From positions 7,254,001 to 7,318,000 of the forward strand of contig CDPCPM010000077.1 of the NCBI GenBank assembly GCA_976551045.1: a stretch of 64,000 nucleotides of DNA, read 5' to 3'. The position numbers and the translations under genes are program-made. How positions within the stretch are numbered: position 1 is the first letter of the stretch; every line of letters begins with the position of its first letter. Positions 11,481 to 24,914 of this stretch are shown here, piece by piece. This stretch comes from Glaucostegus cemiculus (Eukaryota). The notes below the pieces were generated by a model, which had not been told where the DNA came from, searched no databases, and saw only the letters and a list, made by a program, of their open reading frames with translations.

Positions 11481-11540
11481 GGCTTTAGGCAACTTGGATC
11501 CCACCCTCCTGCTTTCTGTCCATTATCCACCAAATTCCTC

Positions 11541-11849
11541 AGGCACAGTAGTGTAGCGGTTAGTGTAATGCTATTACAGCACCAACAACCCAGGTTCAAT
11601 TCCTGCTACTGTCTGTAAGGAGTTTGTATGTTCTCCCCATGTTTGCATGGGTTTCCTCTGGGTGCTCCAGTTTCCTCCCATATTCCAAAAAAGACATACG
11701 GGTTAGGAAGTTGTGGGCATGCTATGTTGGCGCCGGAAGCGTGGCGACACTTGCAGGCTGCCTCCAGCACATTTTCAGTAATGCAAAAGGACACATTTCA
11801 TTGTGTGTTTTGATGTACATGTGACTAATAAATAAATATGTTATCTTAT
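11541..11849 (+). mobile_element. tRNA-derived V-domain SINE
   Basis: A/B-box head (ggttcaattcc), V-domain gggtttcctctgggtgctccagtttcctccca, tail ending atcttat; sister copy at 20628-20929 (-). Confidence 0.85.
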
Positions 11850-12119
11850 GGAACATCATGGAATCCACTTCAGGACCATTTCAGGTGGCCTCAACTTTAC
11901 AACAATGCTGTAAGTATGAAAAAAAAGTTGCACAGATCAAACTATGGATCATCCTTACTGTTAATCTTTTAAATGGAAACTTGTTCACTTAAAACAAATA
12001 GAAACAACTGGGGTCCCTACCCCACTTGTCACTGAGCAATTGAGAAGGAAGGAGTTTGACACCGGCAACATCAAGTCATAGACCAAGGCACAGCTTCAAC
12101 CATAAACCAAAGTGATCAA

Positions 12120-12215
12120 CCCAGTCCAGATGATGGGTCTTGACCCGAAACATTGACTATCCAATTCCATCCCTAGTCACCGCCCCACCAGCTGAGTTCC
12201 TCCAGCGCTTTGTGC
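12120..12215 (+). mobile_element. Penelope-like terminal repeat fragment with degenerate hammerhead motif
   Basis: agtc-CAGATGA-tGGGTCttGACCC-GAAA-catt-gact followed by gctgagttcctccagc. Confidence 0.6.
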
Positions 12216-12618
12216 ATCGATCAATTTAGCTGCTGCATCTAAGTCTAATAATTTATGGCTTGACAGCAAAGTTACTCCTGGTTTCTATCTTGTCACAGCC
12301 TTGTCATTTTGTCTTTTCATCTCCCTACTCTGCCTCTGCATTGTGTGAAAATGATTTAAATCTTTAAATTTCTTCCAATAATGATAAAGAATAACTGACT
12401 TGAAATTATAACCTATCTCCACGATGTCACCTATTTGGCTAAAATAGTTTTAGTATTCTTTGTTTTTCTTTCAAGTTTCCAGCATTTGGAGTATTTTACT
12501 TTCATTTTGTTAAAAATTGGCAACCAAGGATGGTCTAGAAAGCTACCCTCCCACCATGATGTGAAGACTCTGCTGGTGTGTCAGTCAGGATGCACGTTGC
12601 TTAAAAGCATGAACCACC

Positions 12619-13019
12619 TGTCACAATGTTGATTGAAGAGCAAGCTCACAGAGAACCTAAATGCAGCACACTGGTACAAGACTGGAGTCCGGATACTTCC
12701 TCAGGACCGGACACAGGCAACACTCGAAGGAACCTTGCCTTGGAGATCTGAGTAGTAATCCCAACACAAACTGAATCTTTAAGCAGGACTAGAGAACGCA
12801 GGACTGTTCTAGAGTAGAGCACTAGAGTAGAGCCAAAGTAAACCCAAAGGTTGACCAATACTCTAGCAACTAGTGCTACAGAAACCCAGGTAATTATGCT
12901 AGGCCCCTGATGGGGCTCAGGTGTGTGTCATTGTGCAATCAGTCCAGCATGGAATCCATGTGCTGTACAACGAGGCATCCAAGGAACCAAATCAAGGGCC
13001 AGTACTCAGAATCATGACA
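12619..13019. mobile_element. Solo-LTR-like element, family A, copy 1 (401 bp, TGTCA...TGACA)
   Basis: Highly similar to 43797-44205 in the same orientation; TG...CA termini with 5-bp inverted ends. Confidence 0.85.
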
Positions 13020-14485
13020 GAACCACGTCCACTATGGACAGTAGAGGCTGACAGGGCCAGCTGAAATCTTCATTAAACTGAAAGCTGATGTATTTTATCA
13101 GCTGGAGCACTTTGGAAAGAACAAGGGAAAGGCTGAACTAGGGTGCTGGAATAAATATTTTGATCGATAACAAGGCAGGACATCAATCCTGCCAGGCCAC
13201 CCCCTTTCCAAGACCATCTTGCTCATTCTTAATCTAATTGAATAGGAGAGCAGGCCCAAGTTGAATGGCTTACTTCTGTGTGAAACCTAGGTTCCTCTAT
13301 CAATTATTAAACCAGTCAAGCAGGGACTTGATGCCAGGAATGCAGTACTTTCTCTGGAATACCTACCTAAAGGATAGACATCAGAGGTAGAGTTCTCCCA
13401 CTTGTCTGAAATAATTTTGGAACAGGAGCTGTTTTTAACCCCCAGAAAAATGGTATAAATGATTTTTTTCCTGGTTGTTTTGACTTCCAATGTTAAAGTA
13501 AACATCCAAGTGTAGGTTCCTGTGGATGTTCGTAACCAATGTATTTAAGTGTGAAAATGAGGCCTAGTCTCACAAATATTTGTTCTTTGTTCCAAATATA
13601 CACACTGATTTTTCTTTGAAAAAAAAAGCTTGACAATATTCTTAAAAAGATTAATTTTGGCACATGCCATTGAGGTTATTTCAAACATAATTTCCATTAT
13701 TTTATATTTTCAAATAAATCAAAACAGATTTGACAGACACCTCTTCTGTGATAATGGGGTCCATTATTTTCTGTTTAAAGCTGTATTAATAATTTTAATT
13801 GAGATCATGGTGTCAAAATCTATAAAATTAGTGTTAACATTGGTTAGTTGCCTCTGCAGTGACTGTGGAAAATGAGAGGCAGGTTTGTGAAAGAACAGGA
13901 ATATCTATCATATTGAAGGGAGTGAGCACACACCACACATGGAACCAGAATAGATTCACGACTTGATAAGCACACATGGCATCCTTTGTGAGTGCTCCGT
14001 GGATAGCTTTTTAATTTAATTGTAGGCATTGTTTTCTCCAGGTTTTATCCCTTATCCCTAATTCACTGACCCATGCTAGGACATGGTTCCACGGGTCCTG
14101 TTAAGTCTCACCTTGCTCACCCAAGTGACCAATTTTTGTGTGCAGGTGAGTGAGTGACAGTCAGCGCACAGCACCAGAAACAGCACCCTGCATTCACAGA
14201 GTCCCTCAAATATAATGTAATGCTCCAAAGTGATCACCATTATTGTGACTCAATGAAAAAGTGACATCAAGTCACACAGAGAGATATGGGGACAGAAGAT
14301 CAAAGGGTTGGTCAAAGAGGTAGGTTTTAAGGAGCACCTTAACGGAGGAGAGGGAAGCTGTGATGCTGGATCATTAAATAAGGGAGAGAACGAGATACTA
14401 GAATCAGGGGCATTAATAAAAATAAATGCATTGGATTGGATTGTGTGAGGATCATGTGAAGAGCCTTGTGTTCTGATATTCATCT

Positions 14486-14501
14486 CCAGCAGAGGTCACT
14501 A
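14486..14501 (+). promoter_or_regulatory. Candidate CTCF site (CCAGCAGAGGTCACTA)
   Basis: Near match to the CTCF core CCAsyAGrkGGCrs with one mismatch; motif evidence only. Confidence 0.35.
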
Positions 14502-14540
14502 GATAGGAATTAGGAGTGGGAATCCCAGTTCATCTATCGA

Positions 14541-14543
<3 letters not shown>

Positions 14544-14578
<35 letters not shown>
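14544..14578. repeat. (TA)n microsatellite
   Basis: Visible directly. Confidence 0.97.
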
Positions 14579-14581
<3 letters not shown>

Positions 14582-15859
14582 CCCATTCTACCTTCGCTGC
14601 TTTACAGCTAATTTTAATTCCCACTGCTAACTGACACCAGCTAACTCAGTGTGGATCAGTGTTCTCATTGAAGTACCCACATGTGGTCCAAAGAGCTGGC
14701 AGTGGGACTCTACCTCAGATATGTCCCTTGACTTGCCTTGCCTTCAGCATCCCCCACCCCTCCCCATAAGCCTGCAATTCTCACTCAATTCTTCCCCACC
14801 ACTGATCTGTCATCTTGATTCCTCCCATCTACTGACTGCATCCCCACTGATCACTAACTGCCAATTCTTGCCTTGACCTTCTGCCAGACTCCAGTCCAAC
14901 ACGTCACCCATCCACAAACCACAACCCTGCCCTCTGCCCCAGCTTCTGATGTCCAAGGCTCTTCCACAGCTTGGGCCCCACTCTTTCACAGTCTCCACTC
15001 AACCATCACCCTTATGTGGGTTTGGCTAATTTTCCTTTCCTCTCTGCAATGACAGAGGAAGAGATGGAAAGACTTTTGGCTAAATAAGGCATAACCTGCA
15101 ACACGCAAGAATTTGGGCACAGACTTTCCCAGCAGTAGATCCTCAAATAAAATATTTGTTGGCCTGTTACAAACTGATCAATAAACTGTCCGGACACAAG
15201 CCTTCCAATTACTATGCAATGTGCTTAATCTGGTGAGCTAAAGGAAGGCCACCCTTATTAATTCTTGGTTGTAAAGTACTTTGATTAACATCTTTATTGT
15301 TTGAACATTAAGGAGCCACTGTCGTTTCCCTTTTACACTTCACATGAGAAATTGCCATTAATTATTGAGTATTCTTTTGCTTTTTTTTGCCATCTGTTTG
15401 TTTATTACCTCAGTTAAACAGGGAAAACCAATCACTTTATCTAGCACATGTTTGTACTTATTACCATTATTGGTAATAAGTACAAACCAGGGCAACTGGG
15501 TTGTACTTATTACCAAGCTTGAAGTTGGAAGGAAGCTGAATTGATATCAGTCAAGAGCAGATTAACCTCAGAAGTCTCTGCTTTAACTGTGAATCTTAAT
15601 TCAGCTTTCATGCTCAGCTTTTGCGAAACCATTAAACCAGTCTCCACAATGAACTGCATACTATTTGTACAAATGTTCTGAAATAATTACCAGTAAAACA
15701 AATGAAAAATAGCTGATTTAATCTTTTAAACGAACAAAAAGATTCTGACACTTTTCTGCTGTTTGTTAGGAATGGTTTCACAATTAATGCGTTCTCAATA
15801 AAGACAGATGTAGGAGGTAAAGCAAGGGCAAAAATGTTTAAAAAATAATGTGGATTGAG

Positions 15860-16560
15860 ATGAACATAGAATCATAGAGGCAATGCTGTATTCCAGGAAG
15901 ATGTTCAGCCAAATGAGTTCCGTGCTTTGTAAAACAATCCATAAGTTCCATACCCAAGATTGTTCCCAGAGATCCTGAAAATTATTTTCCAACAAATGCT
16001 TATCCAGTTCTTTTTGAATGCCCCAATTGACTATTTCCACCATTCTTAATGTCACTGAGTTCCACTTATTCACGATTCTCTACATAAACAAACTTTACCT
16101 CACATCGCCACATTTCTTGCATTATCACTGTGATCCAAGTCCTTTGATCCTCATGTATCACTCATTTCCCTCAATGTACTCTGTCTAAAGCAATCTTGTT
16201 CACCTCTATCAAATCTCACCTCAGTCTTCCTTACTCTCAGGTGAACAACCTTAGCTTCTCCAGTCTAACCTAATCTCTCATTGCTGCAGTCATTCTGATA
16301 AATCTCTTCTGCACTCTTTCTAGGATCCTGACATCCTCCTGGCAGTCTTGAGATCAGGACTGGGGCGAAACTTCAGGTGTGGCCTAAGCAGTGTTTTATG
16401 AAGATTCAACAAACCTCTCTGCTTTCAGACTCCATGGATTTATCGACGAGACACAGGGTCCCCTGAGCATTACTAATCACTCTTTCAACATATCCTGCCA
16501 CTGTCAAACATTTATCATATATACCCTGCCCATTGAACTCCTCTGTTCCTGTATATCCTA
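15860..16560 (-). mobile_element. Old CR1-like LINE 3' fragment
   Basis: catagaatcataga tail, and decayed RT C-terminal sequence similar to the other CR1 copies. Confidence 0.65.
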
Positions 16561-17559
16561 TGCTTTTCAATCTAATTTCACTCAGTCCATTTGAACTGTT
16601 GTCCACTTGCATTTCTATGGCAACCTTATGACCAAGTTCCTAAGTACCTTTTGAAGCGTAGTCACTGTTTTGATCTATAGAACCCAGTCACCAATCTGTG
16701 CAACACAAGTTTCCACGCAGAATGAGTTCCAGGTAATCTGCTTACTGATGTTGGCTGAGGGATAAATATTGGCTGGGTCCCTAGAGAGATTTCCCCTACT
16801 TTTCTTTGAAATAGTGGGATTTTTTTTCTTCACATCCATCTGAGAGGAAAGAACAAGACAGCACACTTGACGATCTATCATATCCCTAACACTGCACTAA
16901 AGTACCAGTCTAGACTATGTACTAAGATCTCTGGAGTCAGACTTGAGCCAATAATTTTCCAAATGAAAGGTTGAAGTGGCACCATTGATCTTAGAGAAAA
17001 GTCATACAGGAGGTTTCGAGGATGTGTATTTGAGGACCTAAGCAATTCAGGAGTAGTGTTCCTCATGTCACAGTGGCAAATTGTCTTCAAAAGTACATTG
17101 TCTCCTGTAAAATTCAGTGAGGAGTAATTGACATTTATTTTTTGAATATAAATTTGCAAAATTTATTTCAAGGTAAGTAATGATTTCTTGTCAAATTTAT
17201 GTCCTTGCTAAAGAGAAAAACCGAGGATGTAACTGAGAGCCACTTTTATAAATAACAATTACAGTTGAAAAGAATTGGATCATCAGAACACAAGATTTGA
17301 GAGAAAAATTTGAAGCAGTGGTTGAAAGCATTTGAACAAGGGTTAAGGTTTTCAAGTGGAGAGGAAAGAAAATTGGATTCCAAATAAAATGTGAAATGGG
17401 TTTAAGTCATTGAACCCGCTAACAGCAATCACTGGGAGCTGGATGGGGTCAGCTAGGGTCCATGTACATGAAGACTGGGAACATAGTCTTGGAACATGGA
17501 AATTTTATTTCAGCAAAACAAAGCATCAAAAGGCTTCAGGAAGGGAGTGGTGTACACGC

Positions 17560-18300
17560 TCCTGTTTATATCAATGGTGCTGAAGTCCAGAGGATTGAGG
17601 GCTTCAAGTTCTGAACATCACCAGTCGCCTGCTCTGGTCCAACCATATACTGTAGTTGCCACAGCCAAGAAAGCTCACCAGTGCCTCGACTTCCTCAAGA
17701 GGCTAAAGAACTTTGGTATGTCCCCTTTGACTCTCACCAATTTTTATCAAAGCACCATAGAAAGAATCCTATCCTGATGCATCACTGCTTGCTGTGGCAG
17801 CTGCTCTGCCTGAGACCGTAAGAAACTTCAGTGAGTTGTGGACTCAGCTCAGCACATCATGGAAACCAGCCTTCCCTCCATGGACTCCATCTACACTTCT
17901 CATTGGCTTGGTAAAGCAGCCAATATAATCAATGATCACACCCATTCTCTCTTCTCCCCCCTCCCGATGGGCAGAAGATACTACTACCTAAAGGCACATA
18001 GCACCAGGATCAGGGCCACTGTTTTTTTCCACTGTTATTTTCCACTGTTATCAGAATATTGAATGATCCCCTAGTATGATAAGGTGGACTCTTGACTTCA
18101 CAATCTACTACATTATGGTCCTTGCATCTTATTGTCTGCCTGCACTGCACTTTCTTTGTAATCTGTAACACTTTATTCTGCATTCTGTTATTGTTTTCCC
18201 TTGTACTACCTCAATGTCCTTTTGTAATGCAATTATCTGTATGGCTGGCATGCAAATCTAAGTTTTTCACTGTACAAGTGACAATAATAAACCAATTTAC
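17560..18300 (+). mobile_element. Rex1/Babar-like LINE 3' fragment
   Basis: AKKAHQCLDFLKRLKNFGMSPLTLTNFYQSTIERILS and AQHIMETSLPSMDSIYTSHWLGKAANII; 3' UTR ends acaataataaaccaatt. Confidence 0.8.
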
Positions 18301-18919
18301 CCATTTACTAACATAAGATAGCTTGAGTGGCTGGACTCAGTGAAATCAGAAATGTGCCTGAGTTCAGATGATGGTAATAGATACAATTTACAAATGAATG
18401 CTCAGGAAAGACTGTAGAGATGGGGATGGAGGTGAGATGGGTGTGTTTACTGTGGAGGTCAAATAGATTGATGGATATGTGTGAAATATGAAAGGGAAAA
18501 ATATTAAAGGCATGGTACAGATCAGCAAATCTGAATAGGCAGGAATGCATCCCGTTCCATGGAAAAGTAACAATGATGGTTGGACATAAGACAGTCAAGA
18601 TCTAACTAAGGTAGGGAAAGGGTTCAAGTGGCTACTATTTTCCTTATTTATTTGGAGTTCAACCCAACCCTGATATAATTTGAGGATGTCAAGTTAACAC
18701 AATTATTTCTTGAGGGCTTTCTAATCCAATGGATCTGAAAAGACAAAAGAATATTTTGATTTGTAATGACCAATGCCCTAGGTGTTGAATCATATAGGTG
18801 TTAGAAGTGGGAGCCCAGCCAGAAAGCAATCATATACCTTTTCTTAATTTATCAATATTGAGCCTAGAATATAATTTCATAAGTGCCATCTTCAAGTGTA
18901 TGGAAATTAATTTGAAGAC

Positions 18920-19555
18920 GTTATGGGTGTGTTGGCCTTCATTAGCTGGGGACTGAGTTCAAGAGCCGCGAGGTAATGTTGCAGCTCTATAAGACTCTGG
19001 TTAGACCACACTTGGACTATTGTGTTCAATTCTGGTCACCACATTATAGGAAGGATGTGGAAGCTTTGGAGAGGGTGCAGAGGAGATTCACAAGAAGGGT
19101 TGTGAATGCTGCCTGGGTTGGAGAGCATGTCTTATGAGGAGAGATTGCGTGAATGGGGGCTTTTCTCTTTGGAGTGACAGAGGATGAGAGGAGACTTGAT
19201 AGAAGTATATAAGATTATGAGAGGCATAGATAGAGTGGATAGCCAGCATCTTTTCCCCAGGGTGGCAATGGCCAATACTAGAGGTATGTGGAGGAAATTT
19301 CGAGAGAGATGTCAGAGGTCATTTTTTTACACAGAGAGTGGTGGGTGCCTGGAATGCACTGCCGGGGGAGGTAGTAGGGGCCGATATGATAGGGTCATTT
19401 AAGAGACTATTAGATAGGCACATAGACGAAAGAACAATAGAAGGTTATGGGAGGGGAAGTAGAGAGGGTAATAGATTGAATGGGGATAAGGTTTATATAG
19501 GTCGGCACAACATAGTAGGCCGAAGGGCCTGTACTGTGCTGTACTGTTCTATGTT
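18920..19555 (+). mobile_element. CR1-like (HER1-type) LINE 3' fragment
   Basis: MRGDLIEVYKIMRGIDRVD and VGAWNALPGEVV; tail ggccgaagggcctgtactgtgctgtactgttctatg. Confidence 0.88.
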
Positions 19556-20627
19556 ATTACTAATATTAAATAGAGTGGCCTTAAAGATTCATCGGTGAAT
19601 AGGCAGGATCAATTTGTCCTAAGATTACCAAGTACAGATGAACGATACTACCAAAAACAAAATAAAACCCTTAACACTGAGGTGTGGTGTGTTACAGGGT
19701 AGAGCAGGATGAATATAGGAACATTCAGGATTGTATGAAACGGTAGATTAAGGGGACAAAGGGGAAATTGTAAATATTACTTGGGGCTAAGAAGGAAGTG
19801 TTACAGTTACAGTGCTTGGAAAAGAGAAGAACAATGTCACAATTGGGAGTTGAAATTGGATAAAAACAATTTATCCAATATTAAGAGATTTTGGACCAAT
19901 GAATATTGGCATTAGTCTGACAAACAGCTTGCACATAAATGAGACATAAATCCCAATTATCCTACTATATCAGGAGAAACATGGAAAGAAATATTTTATG
20001 TGCTTTTGGTCATTAAAGAATGGATGAACTCTGATACATGGCAAATAAAGCTGACAACGCAAGTACAATTATCAACACAGCTCTGGAGAGAACCTTGCCT
20101 CATTAACCTCTTTGGTAATCTTGGGGGAGCGAAGCCTCAAGTGACATCTGGAAAGCCTCATAACACGGTGAACTGACAAATAAAATGTTTTGCAAGTTCC
20201 ACACAAATAACTGCTACTTAACTTTATAGTGATGGTGGAAGGGGGAACCAAAGTAAAGACTGGGATGTCTACAGTACAACAACTGCTGGACACTTGTTAA
20301 GAAACCACTGGGATGGCTTTGACGTACTTAGAGTTTCCAATTTACTAAACAACTTTTAAGTTAAAAAGCAGTTAATACAAAACTGGAGCAGAAGTGGAGT
20401 TGAATAAAGAAGCAGCAAGAAGGTCCAGGAAAAAGATCAAAGACAATCAATAATTGTGTGAAAGCATGGCAGAAGAATTTTAATATAGATTAGTGCAGAG
20501 TATTGTCCTGAGGGAGGGGCAAGTTGAAAATCAGAGAAATACTCAACAGATCAGGCAGCAGCAGTGAAGAGAGAAAGACAGTTAATGTTTCAGGATGGTT
20601 ACCTCTCATTAGAACTGGGAATGGTAA

Positions 20628-20929
20628 GATATCTTTATTAGTCGCATGTACATCGAAACACACAGTGTGAAACACACATGTGACTAACAAATACATCTTT
20701 TGTGTAGAGTGTTCTGGGGGCAGGTGTCGCCACGCTTTTGACACCAACATAGCACGTCCACAACTTCCTAACCCGTACGTCTTTGGAATGTGGGAGGAAA
20801 CCAGAGCACCCGGAGGAAACCCACGCAGACACGGGGAGAATGCACAAACTCCTTACAGACAGCAGCCAGAATTGAACCCGGGTCGCTGGTGCTGTAATAG
20901 CGTTATGCTAACTGCTACACTACTGTGCT
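20628..20929 (-). mobile_element. tRNA-derived V-domain SINE
   Basis: Reverse copy of the 11541-11849 family, apparently inserted in a Penelope-like repeat fragment (20520-20627). Confidence 0.85.
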
Positions 20930-21449
20930 GAGATTTATAAGGTACAAAGGGGGGAACAAAAGGGAAGGTGCGTGGTTGGAATGGGAGAACAGAGAGATTA
21001 AATGACAAACAGAGCACAAAGTGAAATAAGCTGTTTATCTATTTCAATTCTTACAACAATCCAGTAGCTTTATGGTTACCATTATGGATCTAGCTTCCAT
21101 TGTTCGAATTTAAAGGCAAATTTCTATGGTGGGAGTTGAACTCGTGTTTCAGGAGCAATGGTCCATGTTGTTAGATACTAGGACTGCAAATTAACCTCTC
21201 TGCTACTGTACTTTGACAAGTAAATGAAAATGCAGGAAGGTTGGGGGGGGGTCATAAACTTTGGGATAATTGATGGGCTGGATTTGTGATTGCTTGGGGT
21301 TTAGGCAATAACTCTCCTCTGGTAAAGTACCCTGTCCAGTGTCCCATTTCAGAATGAACCTGACAAGTGAAGAACGGAGGGCCTAATAGGACCAGTGTAA
21401 GTGTGAGACACATTCATTTGATAAACATGATAGGAAACATGATAGAAAT

Positions 21450-22930
21450 GGCTTATTGGTTTATTACTGTGCCATGCACTGAGGTACAGTGACAAACTTT
21501 GTTTCGCATGACATCCGTACAGATCATTTCACCACATGAGTACAGCAAGGTAGTACAAGGGAAAAGCAATAACAGAATGCGGAATAAAGTGTTACAGTTA
21601 CAAAGAAAGTGCAGTGTAGGCAGTCATGCAAGGCCATGACGAGGTGGATTATGAGGTCAAGAGTCCATCTTATCATACAAGAGATCCGTTTAATTGTCTT
21701 ATAACAGTGGGATAGAAGCTGTCCTTGAGCCTGCTGGTATGGGCTGTTACGAAGTAGCTTACTATAGGCAAATATCCCTTTAAGATGGGACATTGTGTGT
21801 GTGTGCAACGTATTACGTCAACAGAAGATAAGACGAACGTGTTGAGGTCATTACAAGAAAGAAAAACAGACGGAGAGAGAGAGAGAGAGACAAACAGACA
21901 GAGAGAGAGAAGAAGGAGAGATGGCAGCCTGTTTTGTTTCTGTCGATGGATGAATTTTGTTACGAAACCAGCAAAAAAAGAAGCACACCAATTCATACTT
22001 CAGTGTTAAAACTACTTTATTAATAACTACATCCGATAATACGTAAAATAAGAATAAAAAGTTAGTATATTAGTACACAATAAAATATTAGAATCTTAAA
22101 CTATCACCCCAAAACTACTCGTTGTGTGTGCGTGTCGAATTCCCAACTCCAAGTCCAGGAGTTAGTTCTTAAAGTTCAGTTCAGTAAGCCGTAAGATGAA
22201 ACACGAATAAAGGCTTCTTCACAAGCACCGTCCACCGAAGACAAAACATAGATATAGAGAGAGATTAGAGAGGAATCACGAAATCTGAATGTTCCACTCG
22301 AAACTCAGACAACACTTCAGGGCTAACTCGGTAGTGACTTTCTCACCCCCAAAACTCCTGGATCGTGACTGTCCATGCAAATACCTGTGTTCTTCTACAG
22401 TTTAGCAGCAAAGTGAATTCCATCACTTTGTTCTACAGTATCTGCCACTCTGAAGAGCATCCAAAATGTGGTTATCCATACAAACACCTGTGTCCTTCTA
22501 CAGGTTACCGACAAAGTGAACTCCACTGGACTACTCGAAATCCATCCACGGATTTTAGTGACAAACACAGTTACTGTCCTTCATCCATCGACAGAAACAA
22601 AATAGGCTGCCATCTCTCCTTCTTCTCTCTCGCCGTCTGTTTGTCTCTCTCTCTCTCCGTCTGTTTTTCTTTCTTGTAATGATCTCATCACGTTAGTCTT
22701 ATCTTCTGTTGACGTAATATGTTGCACACACACACGATGTCCCATCTTAAAGGGATATTTGCCTATAGTAAGCTACTTCATAACAGGGCTTTCAGGCTTT
22801 TGTATCTTCTGCCTGATAGGAGAGGAGAGAAGAGAGATGCCTGGGGTGGAAGAGGTCTTTGATTATGCAGGCTGCTTTTCTGAGGCAGTGAGAAGTGTCC
22901 TTGGAGGAGAGTCTGAGATTTTGTGATGTG
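21450..22930 (-). mobile_element. Rex1/Babar-like LINE 3' fragment interrupted by an LTR insertion at 21745-22785
   Basis: Host reads ...ctgctggtatgggc | tttcaggcttttgtatcttctgcc once the insert is removed, matching uninterrupted copies (e.g. ~28930-28970). Confidence 0.75.
21745..22785 (-). mobile_element. Solo LTR, family B, copy 1 (21958-22785) plus an inverted duplicate of its end (21745-21954); 4-bp TSD GGGC
   Basis: TGTTA...TAACA termini; homologous to 60048-60883; AATAAA on the minus strand near 22020; GGGC at 21741-21744 and 22786-22789. Confidence 0.88.
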
Positions 22931-24167
22931 CTCTTGGGGCCGCACCCTAAAGTGACCTGTCGATAAGAAAGGATATAATGTGCAGCAAACACACCACACT
23001 GCTAAAAAGATAAAATGCTCCAGGTTTTCTCTGAGCTCTTTTCCCTGTGCTGGGAGAAGTTGCAAGCCAGCAAACTCCGGAAAACCAAAATAAAATTGGA
23101 AAAATATGGAAACACCCAGCAAGTGGAGCAGCATCTGTAGAAAGAAAAACTGAGTTGATGTTTCAGATTGAAGAGCCTTCATTGTCTCTGAGGGAGCTCA
23201 CAGATGTTTGTGTGAGAGGATTCTGTCTAAAACCTTGGAAATGGACCAGTGGTTTGCCAAAAACTGTCTCATTTGAAATTGGCCTATGGTTTACTAAGGA
23301 GTCTGTCTAGGCTGAGTTTGCTGGTGCCATATTGCAGGAAGCGATGGGGCAACGTGGTGCAATTACTGTCAGTGTTCCTGAATTAAAACATGAGAACCTT
23401 TCTCTAGACTGCTTGGACGCAGCTGGGTGCAACAGGAGTAGGTAAATCAGCTAGAGGCAGTCATCAGGGAATAAAGTAAACACAATTTTGTGTAAATATT
23501 CAATAATATTTTCTTGATTAATGCTTTAGACTGAATGCTGCACAGTTTATTCTCAACACAGTGCAATCCTTCAGTCCAGACTCATGTTGCACATAAATTT
23601 AGGATTTCTACCAACCAAAGGTTGAGTGTCATGTGAGAGCTTGCGCTGAACTCAAATTCTTCATATTGTAATAAAGTCAAAAGATTTATTGGAAAGCTTT
23701 AAGAACCGAATCCTCTGATTCAGAATGCCACATATGTAGAATAGAGATTCCACTAGCCACTGGCTGTCCAGACTTCTGAAACGTATTACTTGACTTGAAA
23801 GGTTTTATTGAGACTTCTGAGAATTTAAATGAAAAGCTTTAAATCCTGCATACTTTTCTTGAACAGAATTCTGTGATATTTCATGTTGATTTTATGAAAT
23901 AAAATCCTGTAGAAGAGTTGGCTGCATAGCTTTTGTATTGCATTTTCCACTGTTACACTTTCATGTCAATGTCACAGGTCCCACTTTATATAATAACTGT
24001 CACAGTTTTGTAACTAAAGTTTATTACCATTATGGTAATAAATGTAAAACAAAGGTACGCACTGTGAGTATATAATAATTGGGAACACATGTCTAAATAC
24101 ACTATCATTTACTCTACTGAGGAGAATTGCTACAAGTTACATCTGATTTCCAAATTCATTCCCACAT

Positions 24168-24505
24168 GCCTGGACAGACTAGATGTGGCAAAGTTGTTTC
24201 CCAAGGTAGGGGAGTCTAGTACAAGAAGGCACGACTTCAAGATTGAGGGGTGCCCATTCAGAGCAGAGATACGGAGAGCGGTGAATCTGTGGAATTTGTT
24301 GCCACGGGCGCTTGTGGACACAAGGTCATTGGGTGTATTTAAGGCAGAGATTGATAGGTATCTGAGTAGCCAGGGCATCAAAGGTTATGGTGAGAAGGCA
24401 GGGGAGTGGGGATAAATGGGAGAATGGATCAGCTCATGATAGAATGGCGGAGCAGACTTAATGGGCCGAATGGCCGACTTCTGCTCCTTTGCCTTATGGT
24501 CTAAT
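24168..24505 (+). mobile_element. CR1-like LINE 3' fragment
   Basis: LDRLDVAKLFP...RAVNLWNLLP...FKAEIDRYL, plus the typical 3' UTR. Confidence 0.85.
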
Positions 24506-24914
24506 ATAGCTTGTGATCGTGTTTTAACCAAGGGACATACCATGGTGATATGTGCTGCCAGCAAATGCATTGTGTTTCGGTTAAGTGTTAACTTACAGCA
24601 GAAATTAGTGTATGTTATAGAGTTTGAAGTTTGCCTGCTACATAAGGATGCCCAAGCTGATTTCATCCATTCTAAATGATCCTAACAAACTCTATTAAAT
24701 GGGATTTTTGCCTCTATGAAGTTATCCCACACATAGACCACCCAATACATAAAAATACTTTTTGATATCAACCTTACAGTTACTCTTGAATATCTTGGGT
24801 TAAATGTCATCATATATAATTTAATGTGTAGTTAATTGCAAACTCTGATGTAACTAGTGGTTTTTTTGGTTAGTAAATATAAGTAATAGTGTGACACTGG
24901 ATGTGAAAAATTGA

